From: Octopus sinensis
Lineage: Eukaryota
Assembly: GCF_006345805.1 (NCBI RefSeq)
Contig: NC_043008.1
Span: forward strand, 44,516,001 to 44,580,000
Length of the DNA: 64,000 bases
Direction of reading: 5' to 3'
Numbering within the stretch: the first letter of the stretch is position 1; each line of letters begins with the position of its first letter. Below, piece by piece: positions 1-13,804 of the stretch. The notes under the pieces are model-generated. The model made no database searches. It was given only the letters and a program-made list of their open reading frames with translations, and was not told the DNA's origin. Made by a program: the position numbers and the translations under genes.

Positions 1-329
1 AGTTTAGTACTTTGGTAGTGTGCAATGGTTAATGTGATGTGAAACAATCACTCTCCACTCTCCACTCAGGTCAGCGCGTTTTCATTCCACCGCGTCTCAC
101 AAACGCTTTAGAACTGCCAGGTAAAATGCCTGGTTATCAGTTTGACCAGGTGGGACAAACACTGTGTAGAAAATTCCTTTCGCATCGATGAAACAAATCA
201 GTATCATCCTGACATTGGACTTCACTTGACGCAGTTTTGTGGGGCGTGGCGACATTGAATGCTTGCATTGACTACATTGACTACATTGCTGTTTCGTTTC
301 CTGGTCGTAGCCGTAGCGCTACCTTTCAG

Positions 330-440
330 CGGGAACTTGTATCGATCTCGAAAGCGTGAAGCAACTTCAACCACGATGGCGTTTGAACTCAGAACGTAAA
401 AACCAACGAAAAATACCATTAAGAATTCTGCCAGCTCGCC
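330..440 (-). mobile_element. Decayed partial SINE, family B
   Basis: tttgaactcagaacgtaa ... attctgccagctcgcc matches the reverse complement of the family-B head and body seen at 54230-54372. Confidence 0.7.
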
Positions 441-799
441 ATTTTAAAGTCTCACTGATTTAGGGAAAACCAATACAAGTGGCAAATATTTCTATATTTA
501 CAAACATTTAAGTTAACGTCTCAAATTGTGAGCTTACCATTAAGAGCCAAACAAAATGAAGCAACGACCAGCGATAAAGCCAAATCTAAACATACATATA
601 TAATATCCGTAAATAGAATTGCACAAAACAAAATATGAACACAAATGAGTTCAATAATATCTATGAGAAGATTATCTAAATTTATACAACATAAATATGA
701 CAATTGTATATTACTGTTATTTAAAAGGATCAAAATATGATGCCTTTTCATAAAGGAATGTGTTCACTAACATACATACGAAAGACAGCCACAAGCAAA

Positions 800-945
800 T
801 AATAGCACCAAACCAGCTTCAAATCATACATTGAATAACTTTCCTAGATAGAAAGGCTTAAAATGAAGATGGGATGGTCACGGCAGGATTTCTCTGAACA
901 AATTTCTGTGAAGGGAGAAGTCCAGATGGAATCTGTTGCTAAATG
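800..945 (+). repeat. Degenerate dispersed repeat (family D); related copies near 11340-11520, 48535-48600 and 53150-53375
   Basis: Shared aaatagcaccaaa..ctcaaatcatac..gatggtcacggcagga-like blocks, compared by eye; old and divergent. Confidence 0.35.
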
Positions 946-969
946 CCAAGAGAAATAAAAAATCACCAA

Positions 970-1620
970 AATGAACTGGAATGTCTCAATTTACAATATC
1001 AATGGTAAATATGTCTTTGAATAAAGACAAAGGAAATAAAAAAACATACAAATGATTTTTAGAGAAGGCAAACAATTGATATAAATGGTATAATAACGAT
1101 GTAGACAAAACGGAAATTTGAAAAGACAAGATTTGTATAGCGAGAGATCGCCACAGGCGGCAATGTTAACATGGACAAGTGCAACTTCAGATAAATAATT
1201 ATAAACGTAAACGAACCAATAGATAACCTGAATATCTTAGCATACATGTTGATGGAAAGCAAACACAAAACAGCCAATCCTTGATTTGTCATTGTCTAAA
1301 ATATCTAAAGTGTTATTGAAAATATATTTAATGATTTACTGAAAGAAGCAGCATGACACTTGAATGGCTCACATAAAGATAATAACGTTTTGATCGCCCA
1401 AAGTGAAGAGACATACAACTCAAGAACATAAGGAAATTTCAAGACAAACAAATATATCTGTTTGAAATTCACACGAATAAAAAGGCATACTATTAACAGC
1501 AGAATTGAATTTACGACACGGAAACAGGTGGATTTAAAGACAGTTAATGATTAGTACAAATGGAAATGCATCAAAATAATAAAGTATTTGTCTGGTCTTA
1601 GCTCGATAGCTAGATATCAA
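970..1620 (+). mobile_element. Possible heavily decayed LINE apurinic-endonuclease fragment
   Basis: Scattered peptides in the expected order (NWNVSIYNING, INVNEP like INVYAP, FTR..SRIE like SRID) with many stops and frameshifts. Confidence 0.25.
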
Positions 1621-2479
1621 AACATTCAATATTTGTATTTTATATATGATCCATGTCTATGAATTAGAGTACCCAATATGGCATATGTTCGCACATCGAG
1701 TGGCAGTTCTCCTATAGAGTTCTTTATCGGTTTTCCAAGTTTTCTTAGCCTCATGTTTTCTTGAAGAAAAGTCTGACTCGTTGCGGACTGTGGTATTGCT
1801 CGAGGTTTCATTCCTTTTGTTGGCATCCATTCCCATGATGTTTATATATACCTAACATGGATTTTGAATATCAACTAGATATAAGAAACCGAATATGTAC
1901 TCAAGTGTTGAGAAAATTACAATTAACCTTAAGTTACAACTTGATCACACTAGTAACATAAAATAAATATTCCAGCTTAACATTACCTTTGCTAATTTTC
2001 TCCTACCCAGCACATACCCCCTTATAGCCATCCCTATCCTCATTCTATTAATTCCATCCCCCATCTTCTGCTTGGCCCTTCAACCAAAATTACTCACTTT
2101 CCATCACCGACCATAATTCATTCCTTCTAGAATATAATTAAACCCTTCCCTCACTTTATATTCGCTTCCCACTTTTTTTCTCAATGTTTCAAAACCCGTT
2201 AATTATATTGATTACTATCCTAAATTGCTAACATCTATTCATTAACCCAGCAGCACTGACTCTCCTTCAAATACCGCATACTAAACCTCCCATTTATCTC
2301 CCAGGTCTCCACTCCGCTGTTAATACTAACACTTACGCTGTTCATTCACCCTCCATCATCATGATATAACTATCTGACCTCTTCTCCTTTCCCTGGCTCC
2401 TTCACTCCACACACTTCCATGCAGCTGCTTATCTCTTCCTGCCTCTACCACTTCATTGCCTTCTATTACACCTATTTTA

Positions 2480-2860
2480 CCTTCAAATCTCCGTGTATAA
2501 TGATATGAAGAAGGCTCTGGATTTTACCAGTCTGTATTTGATTCTATTGATAGCTGGACATTTTTGGTGAGCTTCATCTGCCAACGTTACGAAGTAACTC
2601 CGATCCCTCAGAAACAGCCGTCGGATTTGTAATGATTTTCCCGCTTATATATATATAATCTTCTGTAAAAATTGAAACCCTAGGTTTTATCTGTTTGTTT
2701 GGAGTCATTGTCTCCATATTTATTCACTTGGATTCTCCTAGCAGCTATACCCATGCTGACCAGGTCCTCGGTACACATATCGGAATGTAAGCTCGTATAA
2801 TTTGAGCGCTGTCAAGTGTTTGCTATATTGAGATTGTCCAGATCTCAACTGTTAACTATC
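2480..2860 (+). mobile_element. Putative Penelope-like pseudo-LTR remnant
   Basis: gaaacagccgtc at about 2611 resembles the GAAACAGCTGTC 3' half of a minimal hammerhead; tgaaga lies upstream; a long pyrimidine-rich tract precedes it. Confidence 0.3.
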
Positions 2861-3089
2861 TCTCTTCTCTCTCTTATGCATATATATGTATGTATACATA
2901 TATACACACAAACAAACATATATGTACGTATGTATGTGTGCGCATGTATGTTTGTATATGAAAGTGTTTTGATCAAGCATTGTGTGGGATAACTTTATAT
3001 AGATTTATTGTGTAAGGGTGAAAAGGTACAAACTAAACTACGAAAGGAAGAAAAGTGAAGGAAAAAACAGAATTGCAATGTTACTCTGT

Positions 3090-3130
3090 ATTTCAATATT
3101 TTGGGGGTTATGACCCCTTCTTCAGGACGT
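3090..3130 (-). ncRNA. Decayed minimal hammerhead-like motif
   Basis: Minus strand reads cgtc CTGAAGA a gggg tcataa cccc caaaatattg: intact CUGANGA, perfect 4-bp stem II, mutated GAAA. Confidence 0.4.
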
Positions 3131-3322
3131 TTTGAAAAAGTGGTACATGGAAAACGTTGTTAGGAGGGAAGGAGGAAGCTGACATGCGTAGACTGGTGTT
3201 GCACCGACACCCAGTCTGCTTTCTGTACTCCTTTCCGGGATATTAATAGCTGGTCATTTATAAGCAGGCCCCCTCTCCCACGATTCTAAGATTGTCCCTG
3301 TTGCTTTGGGTGGATCTGATGG

Positions 3323-3349
<27 letters not shown>

Positions 3350-3353
<4 letters not shown>

Positions 3354-3570
3354 AATTTAATCCAAACAAGAAAACACAAAAAACACAAAAACAAACTCCA
3401 ACAACGCGAGGACGTGGAACAAATAAAGTATTATTGGACACTCAGGAAAGAAGGGAAGAAGGAGGGTTTAACGTTTCGAGCGGACCTCTTCGTCGGAAAC
3501 ATAGGGAAGGAAAGATCCCGAGAAGGGAAGACAGAGGAAAGAAAATCGCCAGTGGTACTCACGAGGTAAT
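3350..3570 (-). mobile_element. Short Penelope-like (retrozyme-like) element inside an (AT)n tract, with a minimal hammerhead motif at 3466-3500
   Basis: Minus strand reads gttt CcGACGA a gag gtccg ctc GAAA cg TT aaac: stem I gttt/aaac, stem II gag/ctc, palindromic ACGT stem III, one core substitution. Confidence 0.6.
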
Positions 3571-3598
3571 ACATACATATATCCATACATACATACAG

Positions 3599-3649
<51 letters not shown>

Positions 3650-3698
3650 ATACATATATATATATATATCATACACACACACATGCACACACAGACAG

Positions 3699-3746
<48 letters not shown>
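3570..3746. repeat. (AT)n/(AC)n compound microsatellite
   Basis: Direct reading. Confidence 0.95.
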
Positions 3747-3750
<4 letters not shown>

Positions 3751-4194
3751 TCAGCTAGACAGTACCAGAGAACGTTAATTCCTATGATGTCTGCTCTTTT
3801 CACAGCAGCGGTGTCGTTCACACTTGGAATGTATTAATTTATTTTTGATGTTGTCCTGATGTCAAAATCGAAGCTTTGTATTGTATGACCAATTTATAGC
3901 GATCGATATAGCTCGTCGCATCTAGATTGATTCATTTACCAATAGACAAAGTGTACAATACCGTTGTTAAATGCTATCCCGTAGCGATTTTTTTTTTTAT
4001 TATGAATCGAATATTTATTGTCTAAAAACATTGTTAGCAGAAGCGACTCATATTTTTCGACGATCGAATACAGACTTTTAAACTTTAAGTGACATAGATT
4101 CGAGAATGGTTGTTGAGTTAAGAAGTTCTTTTGCCAAAAACGCAGTCTTTGATTTGAACTCATTACCCGCACACATGCAAACACACACAGAGAC

Positions 4195-4427
4195 GCATGC
4201 GTGGCTGATTGGTAAGATGGTTGGTCTAAACCACAGGGTTTTGGGTTCAGGCCAGTGTGTGGCACCTTCAGCAGGCATTTTCCACTAACGTCCCCGAGAC
4301 TACCAAAATCTGGCGAGTGGATGTGATAACAGAAACCGAAAGAACTCATTCATGTGTGTGTGTGTGTGTTGTGTGTGTGTGTGTGTGTGTGTGTGTCTGT
4401 GTGTGTCTGTGTGTGTGTGTGTGTGCA

Positions 4428-4469
<42 letters not shown>

Positions 4470-4668
4470 CTTCATTATGTTTCTCCCTCATTACCGCTTG
4501 GCAACGGAAGTTTTTTCTTTGTGTCTCCGTAACTTAACAATTCAGCAACGGAGAAGTGAAGGAATAATAACCAAGTTTTAAAAGAAAATAAAGAAATCGA
4601 TTCGATCGATTAAGCCTTTTATCACGGTGCTCCAGAATGGCTGCATGCCAAAGACTGAAACAAGCAAA
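4195..4668 (+). mobile_element. tRNA-derived SINE family A (CORE-like, resembles octopus OR-type SINEs) with internal (GT)n
   Basis: A/B-box-like head gtggctg..tggtaag..gggttcag, then gtggcacct, central microsatellite and tail actgaaacaag; divergent copy of 36640-37137. Confidence 0.75.
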
Positions 4669-5461
4669 ACACTTGTCAGAACAAGTGACACCATGCAACC
4701 ATTTCGAACGCTACCTACAAATAGCTTCTCAAGAGGAGATAACACATCCTCACTAACGCCTGAATATTTTTGATGACGAAACGACCGATGACCGTAACAC
4801 ATTTCTCATATTAGCATTGCAAATTACATCATTCGATGAACAATCTCATTAAGTTCTTTCTAGAGGATTGTGAGCAAAAGTAACTACAAATGAATGCAAA
4901 TTTAATCCGGTTACATTCCACTGTGAAATTTGCAATGATGTAAGAATTTCTAAATAATAACAGTATTAAATTCTCACAGCATATTGTTTTAAAATATTGA
5001 AATATCAAATGAAAATATGATTATAAGCACCGTTGACATTGTGTATCTAGTAAACCTGAATCTCAGTGAGTCAATAAGGCAGAGATTGTAACAAAGGACA
5101 GTACCTCTCTTCTTCATTACAATACCAATGTATGACCAAGAAAACAGAAAAAATATATCATATACGAGAAGCGTATATGAAACAATGAAACAATACCTAG
5201 CTAAGTCTAGAGTTGATGTACTCGACCAACCCCTTCACTCAAAATTTTAGGCTTTGTGTTTATAGTGGAAAGAACGATATAATCATTGTTAAGATATTTC
5301 AATATGAACATCGTTCTTATATTCTCATCATCATAGTTGCTACTATCATCGTCATTATTACTACAATAGACATCACTTCCGGTTTTATCATCAACATCAT
5401 TAGCAGCACCATGTTAATTTTCTGTCACAGAGATTTATTTGTTCTGCAGACAGTAACATGA

Positions 5462-5828
5462 TCAGCCGCTAGCAATGAGTTTTATACAGAATACACATAT
5501 ACAAATACTCCCACAAACACACAAACAAATACATACACACGCACAGCTATACCGTATGTATGGTATGTATGTATGTGTATGTATGTATGTAATGTATGTA
5601 ATGTATGTATGTATATATGTATATGTATGTATGTAAGTATTATTATACATATATGTATATTATATATAGACATAAATATAGACATATATACACATTCACA
5701 CACATATATACTTGTATAGATTCATAGATATTTAGATAGGTAGATAGTTAGATAGATAGATAGATAAATAGATAAATAAATAGGTAGGTAGGTAGATAGA
5801 TAAATAGATAGTTGTATAGTTAGGTAGG

Positions 5829-5925
<97 letters not shown>

Positions 5926-5942
5926 TGATAGATAGATAGACA
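5462..5942. repeat. (ATGT)n and (GATA)n microsatellites
   Basis: Direct reading. Confidence 0.95.
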
Positions 5943-6219
5943 GAATGCGCTACAATAAGCTGGCAAACCTATTGTAATGAAAAAAACACAAATCACCGAG
6001 TGACAGTTTTTACTCTGCTGTGTATTTTCTTCGCCTTTATTCCGTTTACTTCTCTGGCTTCATTAAAATAACTTTTTCTGTAAAGCAATAATCTTAATTA
6101 TTCTTCTGTGCGTCTAACGATTTTCACCCCCAAGAAATTTATCACACCCACTCTCATTCGCAGGCTCTCTCACTCTCTTTTGCTCTCATTCTCTGTCACG
6201 TCCTTTCTGCCTTCTGTCT

Positions 6220-6266
6220 GTGTGTATATATAAAATATATCTATACATGTGTGTATATACATATAA

Positions 6267-6323
<57 letters not shown>

Positions 6324-6326
6324 GCA

Positions 6327-6360
<34 letters not shown>

Positions 6361-6425
6361 ATATATATATATATATATACATACATACATATATAGATAT
6401 ATATATATACATACATACAACAGAC

Positions 6426-6483
<58 letters not shown>

Positions 6484-6500
6484 TATATATATATATATAT
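6220..6500. repeat. (AT)n/(ACAT)n microsatellite
   Basis: Direct reading. Confidence 0.95.
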
Positions 6501-6926
6501 TGCTTGTGTATTAGTGGTTTTCAAGTCGAAATTGAAATATTTGATAGAGTACAAACAAGTACTTGATATTAGAGGAAAGAACTAAAAAAAACAACAAAAA
6601 CAAACAAACAGAAAAGTGAAAGAAAAAATCGTCATCAATTTTTCTACGGAGAGAAAAATAATTAACATTCTATTATATTCCTTTGTTAAGATCTGTTTGT
6701 TTTGTTTTTTTTTTGATTTGCAATTTAAAAAATTTGAAAACGTAGAAAAGAGGTGAGATGGAAATTTTTTGATAATTTCTGTTAAAGTTTTCTGTTCTTT
6801 AGGAAAATTGTTTGCAAACAATACAGGTAATCTGAAGAATAATATTCTTTCATTTAAAAAAAAAATCTTTCCTTGGTTTAGTATATTTGTCTGCAACCAT
6901 ACCGGAGCACTGCATTGAAATCTGTA

Positions 6927-7176
6927 CAGTGATACATCGACTGTCGCGGGTGCTCTCTTCAAAAGCACCCCGCAATAGTTGAAAATCCGCGAAGTACACA
7001 CAGTGCTGTGCTGTATATTTTTTCATTACTTTTATAATTTGTATATATTTATTTTATTGTAAGTGCAAAACAACACCACAGAGGAATCGACGTAAGCTTA
7101 AAAAATAAACCGCGATAGGTGAACCGCGAAATTGTGACCCGCGATAGGTAAACCGTGATATGTCGAGGAATTACTG
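6927..7176. mobile_element. Tigger/pogo-like MITE (Tc1/mariner superfamily)
   Basis: Imperfect TIRs cagtgatacatcgactgtcgcgg and (reverse complement) cagtaattcctcgacatatcacgg, TA on both flanks, subterminal aaccgcga repeats. Confidence 0.75.
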
Positions 7177-7269
7177 TATACATTATGATTATATCATCCC
7201 CATACTTAATGTGCATCTAATTTCAGCTGTATCATTAAACTCGATAAGTGGACATTCATATAAGAGTCG

Positions 7270-8642
7270 ATAACGGTATTTTAGTGGTATCTCGTATGTC
7301 TTTACGTTCTGAGTTCAAATTCTACCGAGGTCGACTTTTGCCTTTCATCTTTTTGGGGTCGTTAAATTAATTACCAGTTGCGTACTGGACTCGATCTAAT
7401 TGACTGCTCCCACTTACTCCACTCCCCCAAAATTTCGAGCCTTGTGCTTAGAGTAGAAAATAATGTTCTTTACAAAGGCAGCGAGATGGCAGTAACCTTA
7501 GCACGCCAGACGAAATGCTTAGCGGCATTTCGTCTGCCGTTTGTCTTTCCTTCTTTGTCCTATCTTTGTTTAGCCCCTTGTGGGTAGTAAAGAAATATGT
7601 ATTTCGTCTGTCTTTACGTTCTGAGTTCAAATTCAGTCGTGATTGACTATGCCTTTCATCTTTTCTGGTCGATAAATTAAGTACCAGTTGCGTACTGGGG
7701 GTCTAATCGACTGACCTCTCTCCCTCAAAATACTGGGCTTTGTGGCTAGTGTATAAAAGTAATGTTAACTATTGGAATCGCAATTTTTGAACTACAAAAA
7801 TTGAGAACGATTTTAATTTAATTTTCTTTTGCATTTCCCATGTTTATCATTCATTGATATTCCATAAACATTCGCATTTGATACCATAGTTTGAGAAAAA
7901 TTGCTAAAATGTCGACTTTGCCTTTCTCTTTTCGAGATCAATAAATTAAGTACCAGTTACGCTTTGTCTGTCCTTGTTTGTCCCCTCTATGTTTAGCCAC
8001 TTGTGGGCAATAAAGAAATAAGAATCGTTAAAACATCAGGTAAAAAGCTTATCTGTATTTCTTCCGCCGTTACGTTATGAGTTCAAATCCCGCCGAGGTC
8101 GACTTTGCCTTTCATCCTTTCGGGGTCGATAAATTAATTACCAATGAAGCACTCGTGTCCATGAAGTCCACTAATTCCCTCGCTCGAAATTTCAGGATCT
8201 TTAATGAAAAGGAGTGTTATTATTAGTAGTAATAGTAATACGGTGAGATGACGGAATTGTTAGCCCGCTGGGCGACATGCTTAGCGGTAGTTCGTTTGCT
8301 GCTACGTTCTGAGTTCAAATTCCGCGGAGGTCTACTTTGCCTTTCATCCTTTCAGGTTCGATAAATAAATACCAGTTACACACTGGAGTCGATATAATCG
8401 ACTTAATCCGTTTTTTCTGTCCTTGTGTGTCCTCTCTGTGTTTAGCCCCCTGCCGTTAGTAAAGAAATATGTATTTCGTCGGCCGTTACGTTCTGAGTTC
8501 AAATTCCGCCGAGGTCGACCTTGCCTTTCGTCCTTTTGGGGTCAATAAATTAACTATAAGTATAAATTTAGTAACACTGGGGTCACTGTAATCGATTTAT
8601 CCCTTCCCCTAAATTTCAGCTTTTGTGCCTATAGTAAAAACG

Positions 8643-8680
<38 letters not shown>
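7270..8680 (+). mobile_element. Head-to-tail cluster of about six tRNA-derived SINE family B units (Meta-domain-like core)
   Basis: Repeated tacgttctgagttcaaattccgccgaggtcgactttgcctttcatcctttcggggtcgataaattaagtaccag; ends in an (ATT)n tail. Confidence 0.9.
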
Positions 8681-8681
<1 letters not shown>

Positions 8682-10437
8682 TAAAACATACATCCATATA
8701 TATTGATGTGTAGGACACACAGACACTCATACACTCATGTGTAGCTGTCTATGTTGTGTAGAAGTATGAGAGGGTACTATCACATGATTTAGTAAACGAC
8801 AGTAAAAAAACAAATAGAATTAAATAGGCGCCTTGTTGTCGAGATAATTTCCCCATTTCTTGTCGTTGTCAGATGAACATAGACATTGTGATAGAGATAA
8901 AGATACAGTTAATTCGATAAATATCTTTATCTCTATGTATCTAAACCCGGTATCTTTTCTTAAAAACTATTTCTCTGTCTAAACTAACTATTACTATTTG
9001 TATACGTGTCTCAAAATTTAAGTTTTAACACCTAAACCAACTAGAAGTTACCAAGTTTTTGTTATTATACTTAGTTCACGTGTGATTTGGTTATATTATT
9101 CACTCACATTAGTCTAAAACATCTATGATTGTATGCACTTAATATCAGTTTAAATGTATGTTGGTTTCGACATTATTTCTGCTCATCGAATCAGACTACC
9201 TATAAGCACGGTATTTTGTATGCCTTAAAGAACTGTTTTATACAAGGAAAAAAAGTCTTCGTAACCACATTGTTCGACGAACAAGATGAACCAAATTTAT
9301 AACAAAGACTCGTATGTACTTTTTAATCTGACGAAAACACTTCAAACGAAACTGTATTTTAGCTCTTAGAATTCATTTTACGTGCGTGTGAATGGATGTA
9401 TACATATAGATGTGTACGAATGCTTGTGCATATGTACACAAATAAATAAGCATTTACATACAAACACATACACATACAGTGTGGGCCCTGAAGATGGCAC
9501 ACATTTTAAATACTCGAATCTTGGATTATAAAACTGACATAGAATACCAAATATATTTATGACATAATCATCCCGTTATTACGGTTCTACTTGTATATAC
9601 ATACACGCATACATGCACACATACATGCATACATACACATACATACATTTATACATACATACATACATACATACACAGGCATACATACATACTTACATAC
9701 AAATCTGCAAATAAGTAAATACAAACAAAAATACCCTGTTGTTTGTGTTGAATTTCCAATGAGGGAGCCTTGGATCTAGATTAGAAACCGGTTGGAAGAA
9801 ATCTTAAATGAACTACATAATAACAAACATACAAACATTCACATATGTGACACGGTTTCTCCATGGGGTCGAACCCAGAACCGCTAGATTTTGCAGCGTA
9901 TGGCTTAACTATAGAACCAAGCCTTTAAATTTTTTATTCATTTCCTGAAGTACATAAACACACACACACACACACATACACATACCTATTGAATTATGCT
10001 CTAAAATTCAGTCAAATTTGTTAGTCTTTTATAAGTGCATACTGTCGTGACAAAGCTTTAGTTTCTTACATTAACACAAATAATCAAAGAAAACCTTCGT
10101 TTCACTCTCCAGTTTGTTTGAATAAAGAAATTTTAGCGACCAGGTCGTCTGATACCGTGTTTGTTTCTACGTTCTACGTGACGTGGAACAATCGTCCGAT
10201 AGGTTTTGATGCACACCATTCTCGATGAATGAAGAGGCCACGTGAACAATAGAATGATAATGCTGTTAGTGTCTTGGCTGCAGCTGTCTTTATATTATTC
10301 TAGCCGCCTTTATTCTCTATTTTTACGATGGAGAAGACTTGATTCAACACGATCCTTGTTTGTTTAGGTTTGTTCCGGACGGACAGTACATTTAGAATTA
10401 TTGTTATGCAGTTCATTTTGTATTTATTTCAAAGATG

Positions 10438-10704
<267 letters not shown>

Positions 10705-12094
10705 TGTTAAAGTTTATATTTATGCTCAGTAATAAAGATTTTATATTAAACTGTTGGGTTTCTCTATACTTTTGTAGAATAAATGTTCGTTACTATTATA
10801 CGAGAATGTTGTTGAAAGATACTTCGAATACAAATTCCGGGGCATTTGAACTCAGAACGTACGCCACCCCCACCTAAAAAAATACCAAAGCTTCTTTTAT
10901 GTGGCTGGATACCACATGATGTCCAAAGTGAAGGAACTTCATTTGACGATGCCTTGGTATACTCAGAGAACAACAAGCACTAGAGAATGACAATGGTTAA
11001 CCTTGTAAGGAAAAGGCTTCTGTTTTCGAGGGGGAGCTTTTTACACCCAATTTAAAAGCCTTATTAATCTCTGTACACATGAGTCTGCAGTTTAGACTTA
11101 GAATGCACAAATATACTTGAAGAGGAGTTAATACACGAATTATTTAAAAACTGATTACGTACAGAGATAAGCGCATCATTGCACTTCTGTGCAGAGGCAT
11201 AAACAGATACCAGTAAAGTGCCTGAAAATAAACACGCGCATTCTAAACGATCTGCCATTTTCTGACTGAATTTTAAAACTTGACACCCATCACTTACAGG
11301 TGGTACGCGGCACATTAATTGAAGTCATTTGCTCAACGGTCCCTCATGATTCGGTAGAAATAACAACAAAGTCCCTCTCATATAATACTATACAATTCTA
11401 AATAAAGAAGGACATCGAATTTCTGTTAATATGAATAATTATGTAGGGATAGTCATGGCAGGAATATATTGGTGACCATCTGTCTGCTTGATCAGAGTTG
11501 AACTGACGGTAGTAAACAACAATAAGGAGAACAACATCAACAATTAATATATAATTAGAAAGAAAAGGATGTTAAAACTTGGCCGTAAAAACATCAAAAA
11601 GTATGAAAGCGAAAGTAAGAGTATTTCATTATCAAAAAAAAGCACATAAAAAATAGAAAAAAAACAATAAAATAAAACATCAGCCGTAATTTTTTTTTCT
11701 TTTTTCCTTTCGAAGCAAATATCCTCATTATATTCTACTGAACTATATTCCACATTAAAACTTTTAATAAACAAAAATCGATTTTGTACAGTTTAAAGCA
11801 ACTGAAAAACAAACATCTATTATTGCGTGTTAATTTATTGACGAAAACGTCTACCGAGAATTTCGGAGAGGAGGGCGAGGTAGTGGAAATTCAATCAAAA
11901 TGTGTCTATAGATGTTATGGCTAAGATATTTTCTTGTTATAGTTAATTGGTAAAAGGCCAGCACTTGATTCAAAGTCTTTTTTACCCTAATAATGTCATA
12001 TCAGGCCTATACAACAACAACAACAACAAAAATAACAAAATCTAGAAAAACCATCACCACAAAAGCAATACAATATATCTGAACAGAGGGAGCG

Positions 12095-12215
12095 GAGATA
12101 CATATATACATACATTATACATATATGTATATACACATAATATATATATATATATATACATAAATATATATACATAATATATATTAAACATATGTATATA
12201 TATGTATATATATAA

Positions 12216-12261
<46 letters not shown>

Positions 12262-12747
12262 GTATGTATATATATATTATATAATATATATATATATATA
12301 TGACAAGTACACAATCCATACACATACACATATATATATATATAAATGTATGTGTGTATGCACGCATGTATATAAATTTCTGAAAGACTTATGAGAGGCA
12401 GATGACCTCAGTTCAATGGGCATTAGTATCTTCCATACGTCCATTGATAAATTTCGCTTCTTTGTTTGTTTTGTTTTGTTTTGTTTTGTTTTGTCATGTT
12501 TTGTTTTGTCTTCTTTGCTTTTCGTCAATAAATGTAGAGAAAAGCCACGTCTAAGTGTGGTAACATGACATGATGTACTTTAAAAGTTATATCAATATGT
12601 AAAATTAGAAATTCAGACTTAGATATTTCATATAGGTATCAATCTTCCTAAGATTGAAACAACCTATCTATCAATCTATTTCTATATCTATTTTATTTGT
12701 CTATCTATCTATATACCTATCTTACCAAATATATATATATATCATAT

Positions 12748-12808
<61 letters not shown>

Positions 12809-13110
12809 ATAAATATTTAGGTATATATATATATATGTGTGTGTGTGTGTATATATATACACATAAATATATATATATGTATATATATATATTTATGTAT
12901 ACATACATATATATATATATATATATGTAGATGCGCATAAACAATACACACATACGCAAACACACGTACATACACAAACACACACACACACGCACACACA
13001 CACACACACAGACACACACACACACACACATATATATATGTGTATGCATAAATACATATAAATACATGCATACATACGTACATATATAGTTACACATACA
13101 CAAACACATT
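12095..13110. repeat. (AT)n/(GT)n/(AC)n microsatellite field with short unique spacers
   Basis: Direct reading. Confidence 0.9.
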
Positions 13111-13237
13111 GTTGTGTATTCGATAACCTGCAAAATTCTCGATCTGAGAACCTCCGTTGAAACAAGTATTTCTTCGCATATTAGGGAGGGTTTCATATTA
13201 CCAATAACAACCGCAATCTCTGGTTCAATGCGATATA

Positions 13238-13292
13238 TCATCATCATCATCATCATTATTATTATCATTATTATTATTATTAGTATTAGTAT

Positions 13293-13355
<63 letters not shown>

Positions 13356-13365
13356 AGTAGTAGTA
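13238..13365. repeat. (CAT)n-(ATT)n-(AGT)n graded trinucleotide tract
   Basis: Direct reading. Confidence 0.95.
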
Positions 13366-13590
13366 AAGGCGGCGAGCTGACAGAAACGTTAGGACGCCGG
13401 GCGAAATGCTTAGCCGTATTTCGTCTGCCGTTACGTTCCAAGTTCAAATTCCGCCGAGGTCGACTTATCACTTAATCGCTTCGGGGTCGATTAAGATGAG
13501 TACCAGTTGAAGCACTGGTGCCGATGGAATTGACTTACTCTTCCCCCGAAATTTTTGGCCTTGTGCCAAAATTTGAAAACATTATTGTTA
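13366..13590 (+). mobile_element. SINE family B monomer
   Basis: Head aggcggcgagctgacagaaacgttag, core, short tail ccttgtgccaaaatttgaaa. Confidence 0.88.
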
Positions 13591-13804
13591 TTTTCATTAT
13601 TTTCTTTTCAAACCTCGAGGACTTTCTTGAGATTCCTGGCCAAGCAATGCTGTTTTCTGGACTTGCACTGTTTCCCTTTTTCTACTGATCACTTCCAACC
13701 AATTTGCATTTCCTTTGTCCCCTCTATCTGCTGCTCAAACAATTCTTGGCACTCTACACAACAGTTTCGTTGACAATAGCTTTTTGATTTCATATCTTGT
13801 CAGT

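Noticed and set aside
181-193. gcatcgatgaa, resembling the conserved 5.8S rRNA motif
   Set aside because: Only 11 nt match and the flanks show no rRNA similarity.
1626-1826. 66-aa minus-strand ORF in non-repetitive sequence
   Set aside because: No recognisable domain or splice context; at most a decayed retroelement C-terminus.
5805-5825. gttgtatagtt, matching the let-7 3' end
   Set aside because: Lies inside a (GATA)/(GGTA) tract, with no seed and no hairpin.
11160-11297. Minus-strand gtaagt...ttttcag 76-nt intron-like segment
   Set aside because: Flanking exons give no coherent protein and the upstream side runs into a dispersed repeat.
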